Positions 26,554 to 36,202 of a stretch of 64,000 nt of DNA are shown here, one piece after another. Position 1 is the stretch's first letter; each line of letters starts with the position of its first letter. The notes beneath the pieces were generated by a model. That model saw only the letters and a program-made list of their open reading frames with translations. It ran no database searches and was not told the origin of the DNA. The stretch covers positions 946 through 64,945 of the forward strand of contig JAPOUT010000091.1 of the NCBI GenBank assembly GCA_026708545.1, in the 5' to 3' direction. The position numbers and the translations under genes are program-made. The DNA comes from Hyphomicrobiales bacterium (GTDB taxonomy: Bacteria; Pseudomonadota; Alphaproteobacteria; JAPOUT01).

Positions 26554-27237
26554 ATGAACATTATTCGCTATGAAACCCCGGATGCCCAGGCCGAAAACCT
26601 GGCAAAAGCGGTGGCGCAAGAATTGGATGACGCTGTCGGGAAACGCCAAAAAGCCACCTTGGCCGTTCCGGGAGGCACGACTCCCGGACTGTTTCTAACG
26701 CGACTTTCCTTGGAAGACATTGATTGGTCCAAAGTAACCGTCACGCTTACGGATGAAAGATGGGTTCCGGAAACGAGTGAGCGCTCCAACTTTGCCTTGT
26801 TGCGCGACAAATTGGGACGAAATAAAGCCAAGGAAGCTCGTTTCTTTCCCCTTTATCGGGATGCGCCAACTCCGGAAGAGGCATACAGGGAAGTGGAATC
26901 CGCCCTGTCTCCCCACCTGCCTATTGACGTGTGCGTGGTCGGGATGGGAGAGGACATGCACACGGCGTCTCTATTTCCGCGCGCCGAGGGACTGGATGAG
27001 GCCTTGTCGGAAGACAACCCCTGTTCCCTTGCGCCCATTCGCCTTGCAGACAGCGGAGAGATGCGTCTCACCCTGACGGCCTTTGCATTTAATCAAACGG
27101 CATTGCATCATGTCCTCATTAAGGGAGAGAACAAAATTAAGGCGCTCGAACAGGCCGAGCAAACCCCGTCTTTGGGGGACGCGCCTATCCGACTGATATT
27201 CAATCAACCTCGCACAACCATTCATTACACGGCTTAG
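26554..27237 (+). CDS. pgl: 6-phosphogluconolactonase
   Basis: ATLAVPGGTTPG...TLTDERWV motifs. It starts 3 nt after the zwf stop. Confidence 0.85.
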   Translation: MNIIRYETPDAQAENLAKAVAQELDDAVGKRQKATLAVPGGTTPGLFLTRLSLEDIDWSKVTVTLTDERWVPETSERSNFALLRDKLGRNKAKEARFFPLYRDAPTPEEAYREVESALSPHLPIDVCVVGMGEDMHTASLFPRAEGLDEALSEDNPCSLAPIRLADSGEMRLTLTAFAFNQTALHHVLIKGENKIKALEQAEQTPSLGDAPIRLIFNQPRTTIHYTA

Positions 27238-27246
27238 GAGAAGAGA

Positions 27247-29064
27247 ATGTCTTTGAACAACATGGTGCACAAGGTTACCAAGCGCATTGAGGAGCGCAGT
27301 TCGGACAGCCGCTCGGCCTATCTTCGGCGCGTGCGGCAGGACAAGGAAGACCATCCGGTGCGCAGAAAGCTATCGTGCGGTAATATCGCCCATGCGGTCG
27401 CGGGATGCGCGGGCGCCGACAAGAAAGCCATGATCGAAGGCGATAAAGGCAACCTCGCAATTATCACCGCCTATAACGACATGCTCTCCGCTCACAAACC
27501 GTTTGAAGGCTATCCCGAAATCATCCGACAAGCCGCGCGTGAAATCGGTGCAACGGCACAGGTTGCCGCCGGCGTTCCGGCCATGTGCGACGGCGTCACA
27601 CAGGGCCAGCCGGGCATGGAACTGTCCTTGTTTTCGCGCGAGATTATTGCCATGTCCGCGAGCGTGGGACTTTCACATAACTGCTTTGATGCGGTTGTCT
27701 TTCTTGGCGTGTGTGACAAAATCATCCCCGGACTTGTTATGGCGGCCGCTTCTTTTGGCCATCTGCCTGCGGTTTTCCTGCCCGCCGGCCCCATGACGTC
27801 GGGAATTCCCAACGACAAGAAGTCCAAAATTCGTCAAAAATTCGCCCGCGGAGAAATCGATAGAAAAGAGCTTCTTCGAGCCGAGATGAGCTCTTACCAT
27901 AGTGCCGGCACCTGCACGTTTTACGGCACGGCGAACACCAACCAGTTCCTCATGGAAGTGATGGGACTGCACATGCCCGGAGCGGCGTTCGTCAATCCCG
28001 GGACGCCCCTGAGAGAAGCTCTGACAAAGATGGGTGCGAAACAAGCGCTGAACATAAGTTCGTTGGGCGAACACTATACGCCCGTCGGGGACATTCTCGG
28101 TGCGCGGGCTTTTGTAAACGCCATCGTCGGATTGCATGCCACGGGAGGATCGACAAACCTCGTCATCCACCTGTGCGCAATGGCAAAGGCTGCCGGCATT
28201 ATATTGGATTTGGAGGATTTTGCCGACCTCTCCGAAGTAACTCCTTTGCTGGCGCGTGTTTATCCCAACGGCATCGCTGATGTAAACCAGTTTCACGCCG
28301 CAGGCGGCGCCGCATACGTCATTGGCGAAATGCTCGATAACGGCCTAATGCATGGCGACGTTAATACCGTATTCGGCCGCGGCCTTCATCTCTACACCAA
28401 AGAACCTTGTCTCGATGACGCGGGAAATGTTTGCTGGAAAGACGGTTCAGGACAATCGCTTGATAAAAATATCGTGCGTCCCGTTTCGGATCCTTTTAGT
28501 AAAAACGGCGGGCTGTCACAATTGCAAGGCAACCTGGGTACGGCCGTGATGAAGATATCCGCCGTCGCTTCCGAGCATCACGTTGTTGAAGCGCCGGTCA
28601 AAGTTTTTCACGACCAAGAGGATGTAAAACAGGCTTTTGCAAACAAACAGCTTGACCGCGATTGTATCATTGTCGTCCGTTTTCAGGGGCCAAAAGCCAA
28701 CGGCATGCCGGAACTTCACGGACTCACGCCCACTCTGGGCAACATTCAAGATCAAGGCTTCAAAGTCGCCCTTGTCACCGACGGACGCATGTCGGGAGCA
28801 TCCGGGAAGGTGCCCGCCGCCATCCACCTCACCCCGGAAGCTTGCGACGGCGGCGCCATCGCCAAACTGCAAGACGGAGATATGGTTCGCCTTGATGCAA
28901 CTCGGGGAAGTTTGGATATCCTCATTGACGAAAGCGAGTGGGCGCAACGTTTGCCCGCATCCTGCGATTTATCGGCAAGCCGGCATGGATTGGGCAGAAA
29001 CCTGTTTTCCGTTTTTCGCGATCATGTCAGCCCCGCCGACAAGGGCGCGAGTATCTCCGTATGA
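27247..29064 (+). CDS. edd: Phosphogluconate dehydratase (Entner-Doudoroff)
   Basis: 605 aa in the IlvD/EDD family. AGGAG Shine-Dalgarno. Its position between pgl and eda supports the call. Confidence 0.9.
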   Translation: MSLNNMVHKVTKRIEERSSDSRSAYLRRVRQDKEDHPVRRKLSCGNIAHAVAGCAGADKKAMIEGDKGNLAIITAYNDMLSAHKPFEGYPEIIRQAAREIGATAQVAAGVPAMCDGVTQGQPGMELSLFSREIIAMSASVGLSHNCFDAVVFLGVCDKIIPGLVMAAASFGHLPAVFLPAGPMTSGIPNDKKSKIRQKFARGEIDRKELLRAEMSSYHSAGTCTFYGTANTNQFLMEVMGLHMPGAAFVNPGTPLREALTKMGAKQALNISSLGEHYTPVGDILGARAFVNAIVGLHATGGSTNLVIHLCAMAKAAGIILDLEDFADLSEVTPLLARVYPNGIADVNQFHAAGGAAYVIGEMLDNGLMHGDVNTVFGRGLHLYTKEPCLDDAGNVCWKDGSGQSLDKNIVRPVSDPFSKNGGLSQLQGNLGTAVMKISAVASEHHVVEAPVKVFHDQEDVKQAFANKQLDRDCIIVVRFQGPKANGMPELHGLTPTLGNIQDQGFKVALVTDGRMSGASGKVPAAIHLTPEACDGGAIAKLQDGDMVRLDATRGSLDILIDESEWAQRLPASCDLSASRHGLGRNLFSVFRDHVSPADKGASISV

Positions 29065-29708
29065 CGACAACAGCCGACATAAAGCAAATCTGCCGCCAGG
29101 CGCCGATGATTCCTGTTTTGGTAATCGGCGAGATTGAAGATGCCGTTCCGATGGCACGGGCCTTGATCGAAGGCGGTCTGCGGGTGTTTGAGATTACCTT
29201 GCGAAGCGATTGCGCTCTCGGCGCCATTGAACGCATCGCAAAGGCCTGTCCTGAAGCCCTCGTCGGCGCGGGAACTCTCAAAGCGGCGCATGATGTCGAC
29301 GACTGCATCAATGCCGGTGCCGTTTTTGGCGCCTCTCCGGGCTCCCCCGCCCCGTTGGTTGAAAAGGTTTTGGATGCCGGGTTTCCTTTTTTACCGGGCT
29401 GTGTTACGCCGACGGAAGCAATGGCCTTGTTCGATTGCGGTTTCGAAGTTCTGAAGTTTTTTCCGGCCGAGGCTTCAGGTGGCGTGAAGATGCTTGAGTC
29501 CATGATTTCACCGCTGCCCGATGTGGCCTTCTGTCCGACCGGCGGTATTTCATTGGAGAATGCAAAACATTATTTGAAATTACCGAACGTCATCACCGTT
29601 GGCGGTTCATGGGTTGCTCCCTCCGGCTTAATTGCGCAAAAAGACTGGAACGCAATTAGGAAAACTGCAAACCGGACATGCGAGGAGCTGCTTTGCGTTC
29701 AATCTTGA
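29061..29708 (+). CDS. eda: KDPG/KHG aldolase
   Basis: MTTTADIKQICRQAPMIPVLVI...GAGTL fits the Eda family. ATGA start/stop overlap with edd. Confidence 0.9.
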   Translation: MTTTADIKQICRQAPMIPVLVIGEIEDAVPMARALIEGGLRVFEITLRSDCALGAIERIAKACPEALVGAGTLKAAHDVDDCINAGAVFGASPGSPAPLVEKVLDAGFPFLPGCVTPTEAMALFDCGFEVLKFFPAEASGGVKMLESMISPLPDVAFCPTGGISLENAKHYLKLPNVITVGGSWVAPSGLIAQKDWNAIRKTANRTCEELLCVQS

Positions 29709-31171
29709 CGAGCCACGTAATCGCGCAACATTTCCTGCGTTCCTTTGCGCCATAGCCCGTTCAAGGAATTGGAAAATTCGGACAGGAAAATTCCATTATC
29801 CGACAATGTGCCGAAAACGTCCGACATTCCCAGGAAAGCGGCGGGATTCGTTTTTGCTTTCCTCGCATTCTCCTTGAGCAGGTCCGCTTTCGAATCGTTG
29901 ATTGTAACGGGGTCTCCCCGCTCGTTTACCCCGGCGCAGTAGCGGCACCACAGCGCCACTTCAAGAGCCAGCCCCCTAACCGCTTTCCCGTTTTGCAAAC
30001 GATTATGAATGATCGGGAGAATGAATTTCGGCTGGCGGTTGGAACCGTCCATGCAAAGACGATCTATCGTATCGGCAATTTCCGGATTGGCAAAACGCTC
30101 TTTCACTTTTTCGAAATACTGCACGTAATCGACTTCGGCGGAAGTCACCAAGGTTGGAATGGTTTCCTCGCGTTCCAGCTTGTCCAAATAATCGACAATC
30201 ACGCGGGAAGCCATCGCATCGTGGGCATAATCAATTCCAAGGAGGCGGGACGGATAGGCGATCGCGGCGTGACCGGCGTTCAAGATGCGTATTTTCATCA
30301 ATTCGTGCATGGTGACGTCATTGACGAACTCGACTCCGACCTTCTCGAGGGCGGGACGGCCTTGCGGGAAATCATCCTCAATTACCCATTGTGAAAAAGT
30401 CTCGCAAACAACAACGCAGTCGTCCTGGTAGCCGAACTGTTCCCTGACCAGGTCGAGTTCGCGTTTTCCGGTAGCAGGCGTGATGCGGTCCACCATGGAA
30501 CTGGGAAAGGCAACGTTGTCGGCAATCCATTTTGCCATATCGGGCGCCATGATTTCCGCTACGCCAACAACGGCATTGCGGGCGGCATGGCCGTTTTTTG
30601 GTATGTTGTCGCATGAGAGAATTGTGAAAGGCGGCATGCCATTCTCTTTCCTGTACTTTAAGGCTTTAACGATGATGCCGAACACCGTTTGCGGTTCGTT
30701 AATGTCCGTTTCCGCCTGAATGACCCTGTTTTTACAGTCAAAACCCTCCGTGTTCGGATCAATGTAATAACCGCCTTCGGTGATTGTCAGGGAGACAATA
30801 CGAATCTCGGGCAGGCACATGGCCCTAAACACCCCGTGGTTCGATACCTCGGCAAAATCAACAACCGATCCGCAAACTTCTCCCGTGTAGCCTTGCGGAT
30901 CAAGTTCTATTACGCTGTAGAGGCAGTCCTGTTCCAGCAGTTTGTCGCGCATAAGAGCATCTTGTGTCATGATTCCGGCACCTAGGACGCCCCAGTCATA
31001 CCCTTCCCCTTGGTGAAACAACCGGTTGAGATAAACGGCTTGATGAGAACGATGGAAGTTTCCCAGGCCGACATGAACGATTCCCGCGCTTAATGCCTTT
31101 CTGTCATATCCGGGTACAGAAACCTTCCCGGAAATCTCATTGAGAGAAAGAGTGTTTAATTTTTTCAGCAT
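29699..31171 (-). CDS. Long-chain mannitol-dehydrogenase-family oxidoreductase (mannitol 2-dehydrogenase / mannonate or fructuronate reductase-like)
   Basis: 490 aa. The N-terminal Rossmann motif VHVGLGNFHRSHQAVY is typical of the MtlK/UxuB family. Confidence 0.8.
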   Translation of the reverse strand: MLKKLNTLSLNEISGKVSVPGYDRKALSAGIVHVGLGNFHRSHQAVYLNRLFHQGEGYDWGVLGAGIMTQDALMRDKLLEQDCLYSVIELDPQGYTGEVCGSVVDFAEVSNHGVFRAMCLPEIRIVSLTITEGGYYIDPNTEGFDCKNRVIQAETDINEPQTVFGIIVKALKYRKENGMPPFTILSCDNIPKNGHAARNAVVGVAEIMAPDMAKWIADNVAFPSSMVDRITPATGKRELDLVREQFGYQDDCVVVCETFSQWVIEDDFPQGRPALEKVGVEFVNDVTMHELMKIRILNAGHAAIAYPSRLLGIDYAHDAMASRVIVDYLDKLEREETIPTLVTSAEVDYVQYFEKVKERFANPEIADTIDRLCMDGSNRQPKFILPIIHNRLQNGKAVRGLALEVALWCRYCAGVNERGDPVTINDSKADLLKENARKAKTNPAAFLGMSDVFGTLSDNGIFLSEFSNSLNGLWRKGTQEMLRDYVARQD

Positions 31172-31246
31172 TTTTCCATTTTGCCCGCTTCACTCGAATC
31201 CCGGAACGTTTTTCCCAAGCAATCTTACCGGCGCAAACACCCAGTA

Positions 31247-32305
31247 TTAACGAACGGCTTGGCCATCCTGAGTGAAAAAATGCAGTTGGTCAACCGCAAA
31301 AGCCAGGCCAACCTCGCTGCCTACTTTGTGGCTCTCACCGCCCGGGACGCGCACATTCAACACGCCCACCCCCTCGCAATTCACATATACGTATCTGTCC
31401 GCGCCGAGATATTCGACCACCTCAATCCGTCCGCGGCATTGGCCGTCGGCGGTTGCGGCAAAACGAATATGTTCGGGGCGCACGCCAAGATGCACAATGC
31501 CGGACGCATCCTCTTGCAACCCGTGCCTGCCCCCTCCCTGTTCGGGCAGATGATAGTCCGAACCCTGTGCCGTGCAAGGCATGATATTCATTTTCGGGCT
31601 GCCGATAAACTGCGCGACAAACAATGTACGGGGCGTCTCATAGAGTGCGTGCGGCGTGCCGACTTGTTCGATCACCCCGTCTCTCAGGACGACTATTTTA
31701 TCAGCCAGCGTCATCGCCTCGACTTGGTCATGGGTAACATAGACCATGGTTGCTCCGAGTTTTTTATGCAACTTGGCAATTTCGAAACGCATTTGCACCC
31801 GCAGAGCCGCATCCAGATTGGAAAGCGGTTCATCAAAGAGAAACCCCTTGGGTTCGCGGACGATCGCCCGTCCTATGGCAACGCGCTGGCGCTGTCCGCC
31901 CGAAAGCTCCTTCGGGCGCCTTTCCAGATAATCGTCCAGCTCCAGAATGGAAGCGGCCTCCGAGACTTTCCTGTCAATGCTGGCCCGGTCCACACCCGCC
32001 GTTTTCAGCGCAAAGCCGATATTCTGGCGCACCGACATATGCGGATAAAGCGCATAGGATTGAAATACCATGGACAGCGCGCGCTCGGAGGGAATTTTAT
32101 CGGTAACATCCCGGTCATCTATCAGAATCCGGCCGTAGCTTGTTTCCTCCAGTCCGGCAATCATCCGCAGCAGTGTGGACTTGCCGCAACCCGAAGGACC
32201 GACAAAAACGACCAACTCGCCATCCTCAATCTCCAGGGACAAGCCGCGGATAACCTGCAAGTCGCCAAACCATTTTTCAACATTTTCAAGTCTTATCGCG
32301 CCCAT
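31247..32305 (-). CDS. Sugar ABC transporter ATP-binding protein (MalK/UgpC-like)
   Basis: Walker [18 protein letters not shown] and a C-terminal TOBE-like domain. A perfect Shine-Dalgarno AAGGAGG sits 5 nt before ATG 32305. The listed longer ORF start is spurious. Confidence 0.9.
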   Translation of the reverse strand: MGAIRLENVEKWFGDLQVIRGLSLEIEDGELVVFVGPSGCGKSTLLRMIAGLEETSYGRILIDDRDVTDKIPSERALSMVFQSYALYPHMSVRQNIGFALKTAGVDRASIDRKVSEAASILELDDYLERRPKELSGGQRQRVAIGRAIVREPKGFLFDEPLSNLDAALRVQMRFEIAKLHKKLGATMVYVTHDQVEAMTLADKIVVLRDGVIEQVGTPHALYETPRTLFVAQFIGSPKMNIMPCTAQGSDYHLPEQGGGRHGLQEDASGIVHLGVRPEHIRFAATADGQCRGRIEVVEYLGADRYVYVNCEGVGVLNVRVPGGESHKVGSEVGLAFAVDQLHFFTQDGQAVR

Positions 32306-32315
32306 TTTTACCTCC

Positions 32316-33605
32316 TTAACCGGTTTGAAACGCAGGCGCATCACGGCCCGCCCAGGCGAGCCATAATGCCGCCGTCCAAGAAAAGTCTCCACCGATGCAG
32401 CCCTCGCCCGACATCGGGTCAAAACACTCATAAAAGCCCGACAACTCAATCACCCGGCGCAAGTCCAGTCGCATTTTCTCCGCCAAGCCTGCCTCGCCGT
32501 TTTCGGCCAGCCCGCGGGCAATCATGTAATTCATCTGGCACCAAAGCGGACCACACCAATAGCGCTGGCTTTCAAAGCCGGCCGCATCGGGGTCCCAGCT
32601 GGGCTGCCCAAATCTGGTCTTGTCACCGATGCGCCGAATATGCTCCAGCGTGTGCTGACGCTGTTCTTGTGTTCCCGCCCCCGCATAAAAAACAAGCGCG
32701 CTGGCACTTGAGAAACCGTTTGAAAAGATGCCGGTGCGCACATCCCTTGCACAAAAGGCACGCATTTCGTCATTCCAGAGATAATTAACCGCTGCCTCGC
32801 CGGCCCTGATCCAATGTTCAATGTCTGCGCACGCATCTTCGCGCTCCAATATATGCGCCAATTTCAACAAATCACGATTAGCGCGCAGCAAGATAAAATG
32901 AAGACCTGGATCGGCCACCTGCAACGGCCCGTCCTTTAGCAATGTGTCCTGATTCCAACCGTGTTCCCTGCCGAATTTAACGATTGTCAGATATTTGTCA
33001 TACTCAAGTTGACTCGGTCTTTGGGAGGCGTCTGCGTGCTCAATATCCTTGCGCACATAAGACGGCAGTTCGGAGTCCACTTCCATTCCGGCCAGTGCGG
33101 TATTCCAATCGGGACAGTTGTCACGGCCTGTTTCCCAAGGATGAACGGTGCAAATAGCCGGCGCATTCTCGGTGCGGCGGAAGAGATGAAACCAGCGATG
33201 CCAACGCATGACAGGATCAAACAACGCCATAGCCCGCTCGCAGCTGCCGGTATCCGCCGGATCCGTAAGGGACAACATCACGCTGGCCAGAACGGGCGGC
33301 TGCGAGATGCCAGTGCAGGAAACCGGCCCGTTATCATTCTGCCAGATTTTCGGTCCCGGAAAATAATCCTGGTCGTCGGAACGGAAAATAATGCTTGGAA
33401 TCATGCCGTCACTGCACTGCCCTCCCACCAGCATTTCAAGTTCCCGCCATGCCCTGTCCGGATCATAAGTGGTCAGCCCCAATGCGGTAAAAGATGAATC
33501 CCAGTTCCATTGAAACGGGTAGAGACGCGCGGTGGGAATGGTGAAACCGCCGCGGTCGTTCTTTTTCAAAATGGCAACGGCTTTCTCATTGAGACGTTTA
33601 TTCAT
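32316..33605 (-). CDS. (alpha/alpha)6-barrel glycoside hydrolase, GH63-like (mannosylglycerate/glucosylglycerate hydrolase-like)
   Basis: LYPFQWNWDSSF near the N-terminus and ...FDPMSGEGCIGGDFSWTAALWL near the C-terminus resemble GH63/MGH-family enzymes. Embedded in an ABC transporter operon. The family call is from motif memory only. Confidence 0.5.
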   Translation of the reverse strand: MNKRLNEKAVAILKKNDRGGFTIPTARLYPFQWNWDSSFTALGLTTYDPDRAWRELEMLVGGQCSDGMIPSIIFRSDDQDYFPGPKIWQNDNGPVSCTGISQPPVLASVMLSLTDPADTGSCERAMALFDPVMRWHRWFHLFRRTENAPAICTVHPWETGRDNCPDWNTALAGMEVDSELPSYVRKDIEHADASQRPSQLEYDKYLTIVKFGREHGWNQDTLLKDGPLQVADPGLHFILLRANRDLLKLAHILEREDACADIEHWIRAGEAAVNYLWNDEMRAFCARDVRTGIFSNGFSSASALVFYAGAGTQEQRQHTLEHIRRIGDKTRFGQPSWDPDAAGFESQRYWCGPLWCQMNYMIARGLAENGEAGLAEKMRLDLRRVIELSGFYECFDPMSGEGCIGGDFSWTAALWLAWAGRDAPAFQTG

Positions 33606-33609
33606 CGCC

Positions 33610-34845
33610 CTAGCCTTTCACGCTGCCTGCCGTCAAACCGGAGACCAGATATTTTTCAAACCACAGAAAAATTACCAGAACCGGCAGTGTGGCCACCACC
33701 GCACCGGCCATCAAATGCTGGCGCGGCACCTCGGAGGAATTGAGCGATACCACGCCGCGCGAGAGGGTGAAGATATCCAAGTCGTCGAGAAACATGAAGG
33801 CAAAGAGGAATTCATTCCAGGCAATCATGAATACATAAAGGGAAACCGAGGCCAGAGCGGGCACAGCCAGCGGCAGGGTGATTTTCCAGATGACCTGCAC
33901 CCGGCTCAATCCGTCCATCAATCCCGCTTCCTCAAGTTCGGACGGCAGACCGCGAAAATAACCCTGCAACATGTAGAGAGCCACGGGAATAGTGGTTGCC
34001 GGATAAACAACCATCAAACCGACGAGCGAATTGCGCAACCCCAGCTGGCTGAAAACGGCATAAAGCGGGATTACCAGAATGATCGCCGGCACCATGTAAA
34101 TCAGCAAAATAGAGCGGGACAAAAACGCCTGTCCCGGAAAACGCAAACGGGCAACGGCATAGGCTCCCGGTATCGCAAAAGCCAGAGAAATAAATACGGT
34201 CACAACCGAGACTATGGCCGAATTTATCAGAAATGTATCGAAATGGAATTTGGTGAACAGTTCAATATAGGAACGAAACAATTCATCCGGCGGCGCAGTG
34301 ATATTAACGGAAAAATCAAGCGGATTGGCCAGCAGCGACTGTTGGCTTTTCAAACTTGTCATCACCATCACATAGAACGGAAGCGCAACGAATACTGAAA
34401 ACAGAACCAACCCAAGCCCTTTGAGAACACGCAGCATCAGAAGTTCGTAGAGATAGCGGCGAACCGGCTGGCTGCCAAACCCCTCAAGGCAAAGATGCGC
34501 AGAGACCACGCTGAGCCCGGCCCAAAGCAGCATGGTTCCCGCCTGTGTCCAGATGCCTTCCGACAGGCGAAGCCCGAAAGGCGCCATGCGCCCGAACATC
34601 AGAAGGCCGAAAACCAGCAGTAACGCCAAACCAATGAGACGCGGAAATTTTCGGCTTTCCGGCGTTACAAAAAAGAGAATCCCGAGCGCCATCAACGCGC
34701 CCAGAAAGGCGGCCAGTCCGGCGGGCGGTGTGAAAACAAGACCGCTAACCATCATCATCGTGATTCCCGCCAGCACCATCCAGAGCGCGCCCCAGACGGC
34801 ACCGATAACGCCGGCGGTTATGGGAAGTTGAAATCGCCTCATCAA
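33610..34845 (-). CDS. Sugar ABC transporter permease (MalG/UgpE-like) with extra N-terminal TM segments
   Basis: EAA-loop region (LMDGLSRVQVIWKITLP). 411 aa with multiple TM helices. Confidence 0.85.
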   Translation of the reverse strand: MMRRFQLPITAGVIGAVWGALWMVLAGITMMMVSGLVFTPPAGLAAFLGALMALGILFFVTPESRKFPRLIGLALLLVFGLLMFGRMAPFGLRLSEGIWTQAGTMLLWAGLSVVSAHLCLEGFGSQPVRRYLYELLMLRVLKGLGLVLFSVFVALPFYVMVMTSLKSQQSLLANPLDFSVNITAPPDELFRSYIELFTKFHFDTFLINSAIVSVVTVFISLAFAIPGAYAVARLRFPGQAFLSRSILLIYMVPAIILVIPLYAVFSQLGLRNSLVGLMVVYPATTIPVALYMLQGYFRGLPSELEEAGLMDGLSRVQVIWKITLPLAVPALASVSLYVFMIAWNEFLFAFMFLDDLDIFTLSRGVVSLNSSEVPRQHLMAGAVVATLPVLVIFLWFEKYLVSGLTAGSVKG

Positions 34846-36149
34846 CCGTCATCCTTTGGCGAAAATTTAAAGAATATCAAAGAGAAGAACAGCAGCACAA
34901 AAAACACCACAACGGCAACCGCTGCACCCGCGCCCAGATTGGAAACGGCAAAAGCCTGCTCGTAGACATCCACCGTCAGCGTACGGGTGCCGGCCGCCCC
35001 GCCGGTGAGCAGAAAAATATCGTCAAACTTGTTGAAGGTCCAAATGAAGCGCAACAAAAACAGAATGGAGAGAATTCCCAGGAGTTGCGGAATGGACAGA
35101 TACCAGAACTGCTGGAACGGCGTCGCGCCGTCCATTTCAGCGGCTTCGTAAATCTCGGAAGAAATCGATTGCATGCGCGCCAGAATGAACAAAAAAGCCA
35201 GCGGAAAATAACGCCAGGATTCAAAAATAATAACCGTGGTTAGCGCCACGGGAAAGGCAAAGTTGAAACCGAACAAATGGATATCAACGGATCGCTTGCC
35301 AAGAAAATTGATTGGACCGTCGGATACCTCCATCTGCTGCAGCATTGCGTTGAAGGTGCCGCCCGGACCGGCATCGAGAAGCAGCACCCAGGCAAAAGCG
35401 ACCGCTATGACTGGCGCCACATAGGGAAAAAGAAAAAGTCCGCGCAGGATAATCCTCCCCCTGAAAGCCGTGTTGAGGAGTTGGGCGGCAAACAGCCCCA
35501 TTACCAATGCGCCCAAAGTGCCGAATATGGTGTAATACAAAGAAACTCGCAGGACTTGCCAGAATTCCCGGGCCGAGAAGATCTTGTTGAAATTATCCAG
35601 CGAGAACTCCAGGTTGGTTAGTGAATTTTCCGCCTCGTAGGCAAGCACGGGCTTGCTTGCACGCGCCTGCTCGCCGCTATCGATATAGACTTGGCTGACT
35701 CGTGTTTCCATCTCGATATCCAGCCTGCTGCCGCCCTCGAGATCGCCAAGCCGGCAAGTCAAGACGGATCCGTTTATCCGGCAACTTTCATGTAAATTTG
35801 TGACTTCAAGCCCTGTCGGCAATACGTCCGTAAAAGAGACTGCATAAAGTTGGTCCTTTTTTGATGAATTGCGTACACGATAACGCAACACGCCCTCATC
35901 ACCCGCCGCTTTCGGCCGCGGCCTGATCCGTTCGTTGACGACCGGTTGCGCCGCCCGCAAATCACCCAGCGTAACCGGTTTGAAACTAATCCAAAAATTA
36001 GCCAATAGCGGCAGCAATACAATGCCGAGCACGATGAAAAAAGTCGGCAACAGCATGATGTAGGCCAAACTTCTCTCGCGCTTGGCCAGCGCGCCTGCTT
36101 TTGACGGCGGGCGGGAGTGGGACCCGATAAGGGTATTTGCTTCCATCAC
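34842..36149 (-). CDS. Sugar ABC transporter permease (MalF/UgpA-like) with a large periplasmic insertion
   Basis: Binding-protein-dependent permease signature (EAAEMDGATPFQQFWYLSIP). 435 aa. Confidence 0.85.
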   Translation of the reverse strand: MMEANTLIGSHSRPPSKAGALAKRERSLAYIMLLPTFFIVLGIVLLPLLANFWISFKPVTLGDLRAAQPVVNERIRPRPKAAGDEGVLRYRVRNSSKKDQLYAVSFTDVLPTGLEVTNLHESCRINGSVLTCRLGDLEGGSRLDIEMETRVSQVYIDSGEQARASKPVLAYEAENSLTNLEFSLDNFNKIFSAREFWQVLRVSLYYTIFGTLGALVMGLFAAQLLNTAFRGRIILRGLFLFPYVAPVIAVAFAWVLLLDAGPGGTFNAMLQQMEVSDGPINFLGKRSVDIHLFGFNFAFPVALTTVIIFESWRYFPLAFLFILARMQSISSEIYEAAEMDGATPFQQFWYLSIPQLLGILSILFLLRFIWTFNKFDDIFLLTGGAAGTRTLTVDVYEQAFAVSNLGAGAAVAVVVFFVLLFFSLIFFKFSPKDDG

Positions 36150-36202
36150 TTAGGAAACAAGTCCGGGCAGCCGCCAGGACTGCCCGGACTTCTGGTTGGT
36201 TT

